The position numbers were made by a program, and so were the translations under genes. The notes beneath the pieces are model-generated. The model saw only the letters and a list, made by a program, of their open reading frames with translations. It searched no databases and was not told where the DNA came from. A DNA stretch of 64,000 bases from Bispira polyomma (lineage: Eukaryota). Below are positions 26,901-41,900 of this stretch, in pieces; within the stretch, counting starts at the first letter, position 1, and each line of letters begins with the position of its first letter. The DNA lies in NCBI GenBank assembly GCA_965649765.1, contig OZ287754.1:24986001-25050000 (forward strand), read 5' to 3'.

Positions 26901-29900
26901 TTTGGTGTTACATAGTACAGATGTGTATTACTACAAGTTATCGCCTTAATAACTTAAACGCATATAGGTTAGGTGATAATTGAATGTGTAATAGTGTACT
27001 AATTTTCAGAAAATAGGATGTGTGTGGCCGTGGCATGGGCTGGTATGGGTACCATAACCTGGTAGATCAAGACTGGATTCAAACCTAGGCTGTCTGTGTT
27101 CCCAAGCGAGTGTGTTACCCACTCTGCATGAGTGACAGAAAAAACAAACGATCAAAGAAACTATGACTATTTATGTGAAGCTTATCAAAACATTAATCTG
27201 TGGTCTTGGCTACAGCATGACTTACCATAACTTTTATTTTGTGTGTACTAACCTTGACAACCAGTCTTGTCTTCCTTAGGGACTTTGTCATTACTACAAG
27301 CCGTACAACTGTCAAGTGAGTCACATGCTGCACAATCTTCCATGGTCAATGAGCAAGCTAAATATAGCATTTGGTGTTTTATAGTACAAATTTGCATTAC
27401 TACAAGTTATCTCCTTAATATGCTTAGCACAAACAAGTTGGGAGATAAGCGGAGGTGTAATAGGGTAATCTGTTCCAGAAAGTAGGATTCAAGTGGCTGT
27501 GTCATGGGCGAGTACCCAAGGGTATGGGTACCTTTACCGAGTCGAACAAGACTCACTCAAAGATCGGTTGAGCGAATGTGTTACACCGACTAGACCAGAG
27601 TGACAGATAAAACAAACGATCAAAGAAACTATAACTAATTATTTAAAGCTTATCAAAAACAGTAATATGTTGTCTTGGCTACAGCATGACTGAACTTAAA
27701 TTCGTTTTGTGTGTACTCACCTTGACAACCAGTGTTGTCTTCCTTGAGGACTCTGTCATTACTACAAGCCGTACAATTGTCAAATGAGTCACATGCTGCA
27801 CAATCTTCCATTGCCTCAGAGCAAGCTGAATATAGCAATATATTTAGCATTTTGTGTTTAGTAGTACATATTTACATTACTACAAGTTATCTCCTTAATA
27901 GAAGTTCAGTACAAATAATTTTGGTTATAAGTGAAGGTGTAATAGGGTTCTATGTTCCAGAAAATCGGATTCAGGTGGCTGTGTAATGGGCGGGTACCCT
28001 GCGATATGGATACTTTTACCTGGTAAATCAAGCCTGGATTCAAACCTAGGTCCACTGTGTTCATAAACAAATGTGGTATCCACTGGGACACAGAAATGAT
28101 AATGCTTTTCAAGATCAAATTTTGTATTTCTTATTGAAAGCAATCATCAATTGAAAATATGTACTAAAAGTAACACAAAAATTTAAACATATATGTTATT
28201 ACTAAATAAAGATTCATGGAAAGATACACAAAATGTTAAATATATACACTAAATCACTACAAACTTCAAATTCATAGTTATAAAAACACTATTTAAAATT
28301 GCTGAATGGAATGCAAATTTTCTTCCTTTCTTTGAAGTTGTTGGTAAATTATATAAAAGTATTATGTATCTGTAACTAGTGAATACTCAAGACTTAATGT
28401 TATCAGTAAAGTAGAAGATTGAATTTAAATTTTTAAAGTTGATCGACTCTTGAATAAACTTAGCACATACTGTCTAGATACTCCAGTGTTACTCAGCATG
28501 TTTGACAATGGACATTATTGTTTACCAATGATTTTTGAAGGGATATTCAAATTTGTTGACTAAACACAAATAGTTTAGGCAATAAGTGATGCGTGTTCAC
28601 ATATTCAGAAAATAGGATTCGAGTAGCAGTGTCACAACAGGTATAGGTACCTTACCTTGTTGATCGATACTGGTTTCAAACAAAGGTTTTCTGTGTTCCT
28701 AAGCGGATGTGTTACCCACTAGGCCAGAGTAACAGATAAAACAAACGATCAAAAAAACTATAACTAATTATATGAAGCTGATCTGTTGCAGAAAAAAGGA
28801 TTCGGGCAGCTGTGTCCAGGGCTGGTACTCGGAAGTATGGGTATGATTACCTGGTCAATCAAAACTAGATTCAAACCTAGGTTCTTTCTGTTACTAAGTA
28901 AATGTGTTACCCACAAAGCCAAAGTGACAGATAAAGGAAACAATCAAAGAAACTATAACTAATTATGTAAAGCTTATCAAAAACATTAATCTGTTGTCTT
29001 GGTTAAGGCATGACTTAACTTAAATTTATTTTGTGTATACTCACTTTGACAGCCAGTGTTGTCTTGCTTGATGACTTTGTCATTACTACAAGCCGTACAA
29101 CTGTCATGTGAGTCACATGCTGCACAATCTTCCATTGCCTCAGAGCAAGCTGAATATAACATTATATTTAGCATTTTGTGCTTAGTAGTACAGATTTACA
29201 TTAGTGTAAGTTATCTCCTTAATAAGTTTAGAACAAAAATAAATTGTGTGGTAAGTGAGGGTGTAATAGGTACTCAGTTCCAGAAAATATGATTTGGGTG
29301 CCTGTGTCATGGGTGGGTACCAGTAACTACAGGTGCCTTTACCTGGTCTATTGAGACTGGATTCAAACTTAGGTCCACTGTGTTCCCAAACGAATGTGGT
29401 ATACACTGGGACACAGTGGCTGATAAAAAAAACGATAATGCTTGTTAATATGAAGTTTTGTATTCCTTATTGAAAGCTAACATCAATTGAAAATATGTAC
29501 CAAAAGTTACACAAAAAATGAAACATAAATATTATTATTACTAAAAAAGATTCACTGTAAGATACACAAAATGTTAAATATATACACTAAATTACTGCAA
29601 ACTTTAAATTTATAGTTAAAAAAATATTATTTAAAATTCATGAATGTGTAAATGGATTTATTTTACTTTCTTTGAAATTGTTGGTAAATTATATATAAGT
29701 ATCAGTGACTATTAAATACTCAAGATTTGTTTTACTTTCTTTGAAATTGTTGGTAAATTATATATAAGTATCAGTAACTATTAAATACTCAAAAGACCTA
29801 TTGTTATTAGTAATGAAGAAGATTGATTTAAAGTATTTAGAGTTGATCAACTCTTGAATAAATTTAGCACATACTGTCTAGTTACTCTAGTCTTTACTCA

Positions 29901-32900
29901 GCATGTTTTACAATGGACAATATTGTCTACTTATGATTTTTGAAGGAATACTCACTTTGGCAACCAGTGTTGTCTTCCTTGAGGACTTTGTCATTACTAC
30001 AATCCGTACAACTGTCATGTGAGTCACATGCTGCACAATCTTCCATTGCCTCAGAGCAAGCTGAATATAGCATTATATTTAGCATTTTGTGCTTAGTAGT
30101 ACAGATTTACAGTAGTATAAGCTGTCTCCTTATTAAGTTCAGAACAAATAATTGGGGTGGTAAGTGAAAGTGTAGTAGGTACTTCATTCCAGAAAATAGG
30201 ATTTGGGTGCCTTTGTCATGGGTGGGTATCCGGAACTACAGGTGCCTTTACCTGGTCTATTGAGACTAGATTCAAATCTATGTTCTCTCTGTTCCTAAGC
30301 AAAGGTGTTACCCACTAGGCCAAGGTGACAGATAAAACAAACAATCAAAGAAACTATAACTAATTATGTAAAACTTATCAAAAACATAAATTTGTTGTCT
30401 TGGTTACGTCATGAATGGACTTAAATTTATTTTGTGTGTACTCACCTTGACAACCAGTCTTGTCTTCCTTGGGGACTTTGTCGTTACTACAATCAGTACA
30501 ACTGTCATGTGAGTCACATACTGCACAATCTTCCATGGTGTCAGAGCAAGCTGAATATAAAAATGTATTTAGCATATTGTGTTTGGTTGTACAGATTTAC
30601 ATTACTACAATTTATCTCCTTAATATAAGTTCAGCACCAATAATTTCGGTTGTAAGTGAATGTGTAATAGATACTCAGTTTCAGAAAATAAGAATCGAAC
30701 GGCTTTGTTACGGGCGGGTATCCGGAAGTATGAGTACCTTTACCTGGTCGATCAAGACTGGATTCAAACCTAGGTCAGTGTTCCATAGTGAATGTGGTAT
30801 CAACTATGACACAGTGACTGATAAAACAAACGAGGATGCTTTTAAATATCAAATTATGTAGAATTATTGAAAGCTTTTTATTGAAGGCATTTTATGTTTA
30901 GTGGTTCAGATTTACATTACTACAATTTATATCCTCAATAAAAGTTCAGCACAAATAATTCGGGTGGTAAGTGAAGGTGTAATAAGGTAATTTCAAGAAA
31001 ATACAATTCAGGTGGCTGGCATGAGTACCTCTACCTGGTCTATAATGAATGTTTTACCCACTTGGCCTGAGTGACAAATCAAACAAACAACCAAAGAAAC
31101 TCTGGCTACTGCAACCAGTCAACTTATCAAAACATACAGATGTTGTCTTGGGTACAGCATGAATTACTTTAACTCCTATTTTGTGTATCCTCACCTTGGC
31201 AACCAGTGTTGTCTTCCTTGAGGACTTTGTCATTACTACAAGCCGTGCAACTGTCATGTGAGTCACATGCTGCACAATCTTCCATTGTCTCAGAGCAAGC
31301 TGAATATAGCATTATATATATATATATAACTTCAAAACAAAACATTTGGGTAGTAAGTGAAGGTGTAATAAGTACTCAGTTCCTGAAAATAGGATTTGGG
31401 TGCCTGTGTTATGGGTGGGGGCCTGGAACTACAGATGCCTTTACCTGGTAAATTGAAACTGGATTCAAATCTAGGTTTACTGTGTTCCTAAGCGAATGTG
31501 GTATCCACTGGGACACAGTGACCAATAAAAGAAATGATAATGCTTTTCAAGATCAAGTTTTGTATTTCTTATTGAAAGCAATCATCAATTGAAAATATGT
31601 ACTAAAAGTAACACAAAAATTTAAACATATATGTTATTACTAAATAAAGATTCATGGAAAGATACACAAAATGTTAAATATATACACTAAATCACTACAA
31701 ACTTCAAATTCATAGTTATAAAAACACTATTTAAAATTGCTGAATGGAATGCAAATTTTCTTCCTTTCTTTGAAGTTGTTGGTAAATTATATAAAAGTAT
31801 TATGTATCTGTAACTAGTGAATACTCAAGACTTAATGTTATCAGTAATGTAGAAGATTGAATTTAAATTTTTAAAGTTGATCGACTCTTGAATAAACTTA
31901 GCACATACTGTCTAGATACTCCAGTGTTACTCAGCATGTTTGACAATGGACATTATTGTTTACCAATGATTTTTGAAGGGATATTCAAATTTGTTGACTA
32001 AACACAAATAGTTTAGGCAATAAGTGATGCGTGTTCACATATTCAGAAAATAGGATTCGAGTAGCAGTTTCACAACAGGTATAGATACCTTACCTTGTTG
32101 ATCGATACTGGTTTCAAACAAAGGTTTTCTGTGTTCCTAAGCGGATGTGTTACCCACTAGGCCAGAGTAACAGATAAAACAAACGATCAAAAAAACTGTA
32201 ACTAATTATGTAAAACTTATCAAAAACATTAATCTGTTGTCTTGGTTAAGGCATGACTTAACTTAAATTTATTTTGTGTATACTCACTTTGACAGCCAGT
32301 GTTGTCTTGCTTGATGACTTTGTCATTACTACAAGCCGTACAACTGTCATGTGAGTCACATACTGCACAATCTTCCATGGTGTCAGAGCAAGCTGAATAT
32401 AAAAATGTATTTAGCATATTGTGTTTGGTTGTACAGATTTACATTACTACAATTTATCTCCTTAATATAAGTTCAGCACCAATAATTTCGGTTGTAAGTG
32501 AATGTGTAATAGATACTCAGTTTCAGAAAATAAGAATCGAACGGCTTTGTTACGGGCGGGTATCCGGAAGTATGAGTACCTTTACCTGGTCGATCAAGAC
32601 TGGATTCAAACCTAGGTCAGTGTTCCATAGTGAATGTGGTATCAACTATGACACAGTGACTGATAAAACAAACGAGGATGCTTTTAAATATCAAATTATG
32701 TAGAATTATTGAAAGCTTTTTATTGAAGGCATTTTATGTTTAGTGGTTGAGATTTACATTACTACAATTTATATCCTCAATAAAAGTTCAGCACAAATAA
32801 TTCGGGTGGTAAGTGAAGGTGTAATAAGGTAATTTCAAGAAAATACAATTCAGGTGGCTGGCATGAGTACCTCTACCTGGTCTATAATGAATGTTTTACC

Positions 32901-35900
32901 CACTTGGCCTGAGTGACAAATCAAACAAACAACCAAACAAACTCTGGCTACTGCAACCAGTCAACTTATCAAAACATACAGATGTTGTCTTGGGTACAGC
33001 ATGAATTACTTTAACTCCTATTTTGTGTATCCTCACCTTGGCAACCAGTGTTGTCTTCCTTGAGGACTTTGTCATTACTACAAGCCGTGCAACTGTCATG
33101 TGAGTCACATGCTGCACAATCTTCCATTGTCTCAGAGCAAGCTGAATATAGCATTATATATATATATATATAAGTTCAAAACAAAACATTTGGGTAGTAA
33201 GTGAAGGTGTAATAAGTACTCAGTTCCTGAAAATAGGATTTGGGTGCCTGTGTTATGGGTGGGGGCCTGGAACTACAGATGCCTTTACCTGGTAAATTGA
33301 AACTGGATTCAAATCTAGGTTTACTGTGTTCCTAAGCGAATGTGGTATCCACTGGGACACAGTGACCAATAAAAGAAATGATAATGCTTTTCAAGATCAA
33401 GTTTTGTATTTCTTATTGAAAGCAATCATCAATTGAAAATATGTACTAAAAGTAACACAAAAATTTAAACATATATGTTATTACTAAATAAAGATTCATG
33501 GAAAGATACACAAAATGTTAAATATATACACTAAATCACTACAAACTTCAAATTCATAGTTATAAAAACACTATTTAAAATTGCTGAATGGAATGCAAAT
33601 TTTCTTCCTTTCTTTGAAGTTGTTGGTAAATTATATAAAAGTATTATGTATCTGTAACTAGTGAATACTCAAGACTTAATGTTATCAGTAATGTAGAAGA
33701 TTGAATTTAAATTTTTAAAGTTGATCGACTCTTGAATAAACTTAGCACATACTGTCTAGATACTCCAGTGTTACTCAGCATGTTTGACAATGGACATTAT
33801 TGTTTACCAATGATTTTTGAAGGGATATTCAAATTTGTTGACTAAACACAAATAGTTTAGGCAATAAGTGATGCGTGTTCACATATTCAGAAAATAGGAT
33901 TCGAGTAGCAGTTTCACAACAGGTATAGATACCTTACCTTGTTGATCGATACTGGTTTCAAACAAAGGTTTTCTGTGTTCCTAAGCGGATGTGTTACCCA
34001 CTAGGCCAGAGTAACAGATAAAACAAACGATCAAAAAAACTGTAACTAATTATGTAAAACTTATCAAAAACATTAATCTGTTGTCTTGGTTAAGGCATGA
34101 CTTAACTTAAATTTATTTTGTGTATACTCACTTTGACAGCCAGTGTTGTCTTGCTTGATGACTTTGTCATTACTACAAGCCGTACAACTGTCATGTGAGT
34201 CACATACTGCACAATCTTCCATGGTGTCAGAGCAAGCTGAATATAAAAATGTATTTAGCATATTGTGTTTGGTTGTACAGATTTACATTACTACAATTTA
34301 TCTCCTTAATATAAGTTCAGCACCAATAATTTCGGTTGTAAGTGAATGTGTAATAGATACTCAGTTTCAGAAAATAAGAATCGAACGGCTTTGTTACGGG
34401 CGGGTATCCGGAAGTATGAGTACCTTTACCTGGTCGATCAAGACTGGATTCAAACCTAGGTCAGTGTTCCATAGTGAATGTGGTATCAACTATGACACAG
34501 TGACTGATAAAACAAACGAGGATGCTTTTAAATATCAAATTATGTAGAATTATTGAAAGCTTTTTATTGAAGGCATTTTATGTTTAGTGGTTGAGATTTA
34601 CATTACTACAATTTATATCCTCAATAAAAGTTCAGCACAAATAATTCGGGTGGTAAGTGAAGGTGTAATAAGGTAATTTCAAGAAAATACAATTCAGGTG
34701 GCTGGCATGAGTACCTCTACCTGGTCTATAATGAATGTTTTACCCACTTGGCCTGAGTGACAAATCAAACAAACAACCAAAGAAACTCTGGCTACTGCAA
34801 CCAGTCAACTTATCAAAACATACAGATGTTGTCTTGGGTACAGCATGAATTACTTTAACTCCTATTTTGTGTATCCTCACCTTGGCAACCAGTGTTGTCT
34901 TCCTTGAGGACTTTGTCATTACTACAAGCCGTGCAACTGTCATGTGAGTCACATGCTGCACAATCTTCCATTGTCTCAGAGCAAGCTGAATATAGCATTA
35001 TATATATATATATATAAGTTCAAAACAAAACATTTGGGTAGTAAGTGAAGGTGTAATAAGTACTCAGTTCCTGAAAATAGGATTTGGGTGCCTGTGTTAT
35101 GGGTGGGGGCCTGGAACTACAGATGCCTTTACCTGGTAAATTGAAACTGGATTCAAATCTAGGTTTACTGTGTTCCTAAGCGAATGTGGTATCCACTGGG
35201 ACACAGTGACCAATAAAAGAAATGATAATGCTTTTCAAGATCAAGTTTTGTATTTCTTATTGAAAGCAATCATCAATTGAAAATATGTACTAAAAGTAAC
35301 ACAAAAATTTAAACATATATGTTATTACTAAATAAAGATTCATGGAAAGATACACAAAATGTTAAATATATACACTAAATCACTACAAACTTCAAATTCA
35401 TAGTTATAAAAACACTATTTAAAATTGCTGAATGGAATGCAAATTTTCTTCCTTTCTTTGAAGTTGTTGGTAAATTATATAAAAGTATTATGTATCTGTA
35501 ACTAGTGAATACTCAAGACTTAATGTTATCAGTAATGTAGAAGATTGAATTTAAATTTTTAAAGTTGATCGACTCTTGAATAAACTTAGCACATACTGTC
35601 TAGATACTCCAGTGTTACTCAGCATGTTTGACAATGGACATTATTGTTTACCAATGATTTTTGAAGGGATATTCAAATTTGTTGACTAAACACAAATAGT
35701 TTAGGCAATAAGTGATGCGTGTTCACATATTCAGAAAATAGGATTCGAGTAGCAGTTTCACAACAGGTATAGATACCTTACCTTGTTGATCGATACTGGT
35801 TTCAAACAAAGATTTTCTGTGTTCCTAAGCGGATGTGTTACCCACTAGGCCAGAGTAACAGATAAAACAAACGATCAAAAAAACTGTAACTAATTATGTA

Positions 35901-38900
35901 AAACTTATCAAAAACATTAATCTGTTGTCTTGGTTAAGGCATGACTTAACTTAAATTTATTTTGTGTATACTCACTTTGACAGCCAGTGTTGTCTTGCTT
36001 GATGACTTTGTCATTACTACAAGCCGTACAACTGTCATGTGAATCACATACTGCACAATCTTCCATGGTGTCAGAGCAAGCTGAATATAAAAATGTATTT
36101 AGCATATTGTGTTTGGTTGTACAGATTTACATTACTACAATTTATCTCCTTAATATAAGTTCAGCACCAATAATTTCGGTTGTAAGTGAATGTGTAATAG
36201 ATACTCAGTTTCAGAAAATAAGAATCGAACGGCTTTGTTACGGGCGGGTATCCGGAAGTATGAGTACCTTTACCTGGTCGATCAAGACTGGATTCAAACC
36301 TAGGTCAGTGTTCCATAGTGAATGTGGTATCAACTATGACACAGTGACTGATAAAACAAACGAGGATGCTTTTAAATATCAAATTATGTAGAATTATTGA
36401 AAGCTTTTTATTGAAGGCATTTTATGTTTAGTGGTTGAGATTTACATTACTACAATTTATATCCTCAATAAAAGTTCAGCACAAATAATTCGGGTGGTAA
36501 GTGAAGGTGTAATAAGGTAATTTCAAGAAAATACAATTCAGGTGGCTGGCATGAGTACCTCTACCTGGTCTATAATGAATGTTTTACCCACTTGGCCTGA
36601 GTGACAAATCAAACAAACAACCAAAGAAACTCTGGCTACTGCAACCAGTCAACTTATCAAAACATACAGATGTTGTCTTGGGTACAGCATGAATTACTTT
36701 AACTCCTATTTTGTGTATCCTCACCTTGGCAACCAGTGTTGTCTTCCTTGAGGACTTTGTCATTACTACAAGCCGTGCAACTGTCATGTGAGTCACATGC
36801 TGCACAATCTTCCATTGTCTCAGAGCAAGCTGAATATAGCATTATATATATATATATATAAGTTCAAAACAAAACATTTGGGTAGTAAGTGAAGGTGTAA
36901 TAAGTACTCAGTTCCTGAAAATAGGATTTGGGTGCCTGTGTTATGGGTGGGGGCCTGGAACTACAGATGCCTTTACCTGGTAAATTGAAACTGGATTCAA
37001 ATCTAGGTTTACTGTGTTCCTAAGCGAATGTGGTATCCACTGGGACACAGTGACCAATAAAAGAAATGATAATGCTTTTCAAGATCAAGTTTTGTATTTC
37101 TTATTGAAAGCAATCATCAATTGAAAATATGTACTAAAAGTAACACAAAAATTTAAACATATATGTTATTACTAAATAAAGATTCATGGAAAGATACACA
37201 AAATGTTAAATATATACACTAAATCACTACAAACTTCAAATTCATAGTTATAAAAACACTATTTAAAATTGCTGAATGGAATGCAAATTTTCTTCCTTTC
37301 TTTGAAGTTGTTGGTAAATTATATAAAAGTATTATGTATCTGTAACTAGTGAATACTCAAGACTTAATGTTATCAGTAATGTAGAAGATTGAATTTAAAT
37401 TTTTAAAGTTGATCGACTCTTGAATAAACTTAGCACATACTGTCTAGATACTCCAGTGTTACTCAGCATGTTTGACAATGGACATTATTGTTTACCAATG
37501 ATTTTTGAAGGGATATTCAAATTTGTTGACTAAACACAAATAGTTTAGGCAATAAGTGATGCGTGTTCACATATTCAGAAAATAGGATTCGAGTAGCAGT
37601 TTCACAACAGGTATAGATACCTTACCTTGTTGATCGATACTGGTTTCAAACAAAGGTTTTCTGTGTTCCTAAGCGGATGTGTTACCCACTAGGCCAGAGT
37701 AACAGATAAAACAAACGATCAAAAAAACTGTAACTAATTATGTAAAACTTATCAAAAACATTAATCTGTTGTCTTGGTTAAGGCATGACTTAACTTAAAT
37801 TTATTTTGTGTATACTCACTTTGACAGCCAGTGTTGTCTTGCTTGATGACTTTGTCATTACTACAAGCCGTACAACTGTCATGTGAGTCACATACTGCAC
37901 AATCTTCCATGGTGTCAGAGCAAGCTGAATATAAAAATGTATTTAGCATATTGTGTTTGGTTGTACAGATTTACATTACTACAATTTATCTCCTTAATAT
38001 AAGTTCAGCACCAATAATTTCGGTTGTAAGTGAATGTGTAATAGATACTCAGTTTCAGAAAATAAGAATCGAACGGCTTTGTTACGGGCGGGTATCCGGA
38101 AGTATGAGTACCTTTACCTGGTCGATCAAGACTGGATTCAAACCTAGGTCAGTGTTCCATAGTGAATGTGGTATCAACTATGACACAGTGACTGATAAAA
38201 CAAACGAGGATGCTTTTAAATATCAAATTATGTAGAATTATTGAAAGCTTTTTATTGAAGGCATTTTATGTTTAGTGGTTCAGATTTACATTACTACAAT
38301 TTATATCCTCAATAAAAGTTCAGCACAAATAATTCGGGTGGTAAGTGAAGGTGTAATAAGGTAATTTCAAGAAAATACAATTCAGGTGGCTGGCATGAGT
38401 ACCTCTACCTGGTCTATAATGAATGTTTTACCCACTTGGCCTGAGTGACAAATCAAACAAACAACCAAAGAAACTCTGGCTACTGCAACCAGTCAACTTA
38501 TCAAAACATACAGATGTTGTCTTGGGTACAGCATGAATTACTTTAACTCCTATTTTGTGTATCCTCACCTTGGCAACCAGTGTTGTCTTCCTTGAGGACT
38601 TTGTCATTACTACAAGCCGTGCAACTGTCATGTGAGTCACATGCTGCACAATCTTCCATTGTCTCAGAGCAAGCTGAATATAGCATTATATATATATATA
38701 TAAGTTCAAAACAAAACATTTGGGTAGTAAGTGAAGGTGTAATAAGTACTCAGTTCCTGAAAATAGGATTTGGGTGCCTGTGTTATGGGTGGGGGCCTGG
38801 AACTACAGATGCCTTTACCTGGTAAATTGAAACTGGATTCAAATCTAGGTTTACTGTGTTCCTAAGCGAATGTGGTATCCACTGGGACACAGTGACCAAT

Positions 38901-41900
38901 AAAAGAAATGATAATGCTTTTCAAGATCAAGTTTTGTATTTCTTATTGAAAGCAATCATCAATTGAAAATATGTACTAAAAGTAACACAAAAATTTAAAC
39001 ATATATGTTATTACTAAATAAAGATTCATGGAAAGATACACAAAATGTTAAATATATACACTAAATCACTACAAACTTCAAATTCATAGTTATAAAAACA
39101 CTATTTAAAATTGCTGAATGGAATGCAAATTTTCTTCCTTTCTTTGAAGTTGTTGGTAAATTATATAAAAGTATTATGTATCTGTAACTAGTGAATACTC
39201 AAGACTTAATGTTATCAGTAATGTAGAAGATTGAATTTAAATTTTTAAAGTTGATCGACTCTTGAATAAACTTAGCACATACTGTCTAGATACTCCAGTG
39301 TTACTCAGCATGTTTGACAATGGACATTATTGTTTACCAATGATTTTTGAAGGGATATTCAAATTTGTTGACTAAACACAAATAGTTTAGGCAATAAGTG
39401 ATGCGTGTTCACATATTCAGAAAATAGGATTCGAGTAGCAGTTTCACAACAGGTATAGATACCTTACCTTGTTGATCGATACTGGTTTCAAACAAAGGTT
39501 TTCTGTGTTCCTAAGCGGATGTGTTACCCACTAGGCCAGAGTAACAGATAAAACAAACGATCAAAAAAACTGTAACTAATTATGTAAAACTTATCAAAAA
39601 CATTAATCTGTTGTCTTGGTTAAGGCATGACTTAACTTAAATTTATTTTGTGTATACTCACTTTGACAGCCAGTGTTGTCTTGCTTGATGACTTTGTCAT
39701 TACTACAAGCCGTACAACTGTCATGTGAGTCACATACTGCACAATCTTCCATGGTGTCAGAGCAAGCTGAATATAAAAATGTATTTAGCATATTGTGTTT
39801 GGTTGTACAGATTTACATTACTACAATTTATCTCCTTAATATAAGTTCAGCACCAATAATTTCGGTTGTAAGTGAATGTGTAATAGATACTCAGTTTCAG
39901 AAAATAAGAATCGAACGGCTTTGTTACGGGCGGGTATCCGGAAGTATGAGTACCTTTACCTGGTCGATCAAGACTGGATTCAAACCTAGGTCAGTGTTCC
40001 ATAGTGAATGTGGTATCAACTATGACACAGTGACTGATAAAACAAACGAGGATGCTTTTAAATATCAAATTATGTAGAATTATTGAAAGCTTTTTATTGA
40101 AGGCATTTTATGTTTAGTGGTTCAGATTTACATTACTACAATTTATATCCTCAATAAAAGTTCAGCACAAATAATTCGGGTGGTAAGTGAAGGTGTAATA
40201 AGGTAATTTCAAGAAAATACAATTCAGGTGGCTGGCATGAGTACCTCTACCTGGTCTATAATGAATGTTTTACCCACTTGGCCTGAGTGACAAATCAAAC
40301 AAACAACCAAAGAAACTCTGGCTACTGCAACCAGTCAACTTATCAAAACATACAGATGTTGTCTTGGGTACAGCATGAATTACTTTAACTCCTATTTTGT
40401 GTATCCTCACCTTGGCAACCAGTGTTGTCTTCCTTGAGGACTTTGTCATTACTACAAGCCGTGCAACTGTCATGTGAGTCACATGCTGCACAATCTTCCA
40501 TTGTCTCAGAGCAAGCTGAATATAGCATTATATATATATATATAAGTTCAAAACAAAACATTTGGGTAGTAAGTGAAGGTGTAATAAGTACTCAGTTCCT
40601 GAAAATAGGATTTGGGTGCCTGTGTTATGGGTGGGGGCCTGGAACTACAGATGCCTTTACCTGGTAAATTGAAACTGGATTCAAATCTAGGTTTACTGTG
40701 TTCCTAAGCGAATGTGGTATCCACTGGGACACAGTGACCAATAAAAGAAATGATAATGCTTTTCAAGATCAAGTTTTGTATTTCTTATTGAAAGCAATCA
40801 TCAATTGAAAATATGTACTAAAAGTAACACAAAAATTTAAACATATATGTTATTACTAAATAAAGATTCATGGAAAGATACACAAAATGTTAAATATATA
40901 CACTAAATCACTACAAACTTCAAATTCATAGTTATAAAAACACTATTTAAAATTGCTGAATGGAATGCAAATTTTCTTCCTTTCTTTGAAGTTGTTGGTA
41001 AATTATATAAAAGTATTATGTATCTGTAACTAGTGAATACTCAAGACTTAATGTTATCAGTAATGTAGAAGATTGAATTTAAATTTTTAAAGTTGATCGA
41101 CTCTTGAATAAACTTAGCACATACTGTCTAGATACTCCAGTGTTACTCAGCATGTTTGACAATGGACATTATTGTTTACCAATGATTTTTGAAGGGATAT
41201 TCAAATTTGTTGACTAAACACAAATAGTTTAGGCAATAAGTGATGCGTGTTCACATATTCAGAAAATAGGATTCGAGTAGCAGTTTCACAACAGGTATAG
41301 ATACCTTACCTTGTTGATCGATACTGGTTTCAAACAAAGGTTTTCTGTGTTCCTAAGCGGATGTGTTACCCACTAGGCCAGAGTAACAGATAAAACAAAC
41401 GATCAAAAAAACTGTAACTAATTATGTAAAACTTATCAAAAACATTAATCTGTTGTCTTGGTTAAGGCATGACTTAACTTAAATTTATTTTGTGTATACT
41501 CACTTTGACAGCCAGTGTTGTCTTGCTTGATGACTTTGTCATTACTACAAGCCGTACAACTGTCATGTGAGTCACATACTGCACAATCTTCCATGGTGTC
41601 AGAGCAAGCTGAATATAAAAATGTATTTAGCATATTGTGTTTGGTTGTACAGATTTACATTACTACAATTTATCTCCTTAATATAAGTTCAGCACCAATA
41701 ATTTCGGTTGTAAGTGAATGTGTAATAGATACTCAGTTTCAGAAAATAAGAATCGAACGGCTTTGTTACGGGCGGGTATCCGGAAGTATGAGTACCTTTA
41801 CCTGGTCGATCAAGACTGGATTCAAACCTAGGTCAGTGTTCCATAGTGAATGTGGTATCAACTATGACACAGTGACTGATAAAACAAACGAGGATGCTTT

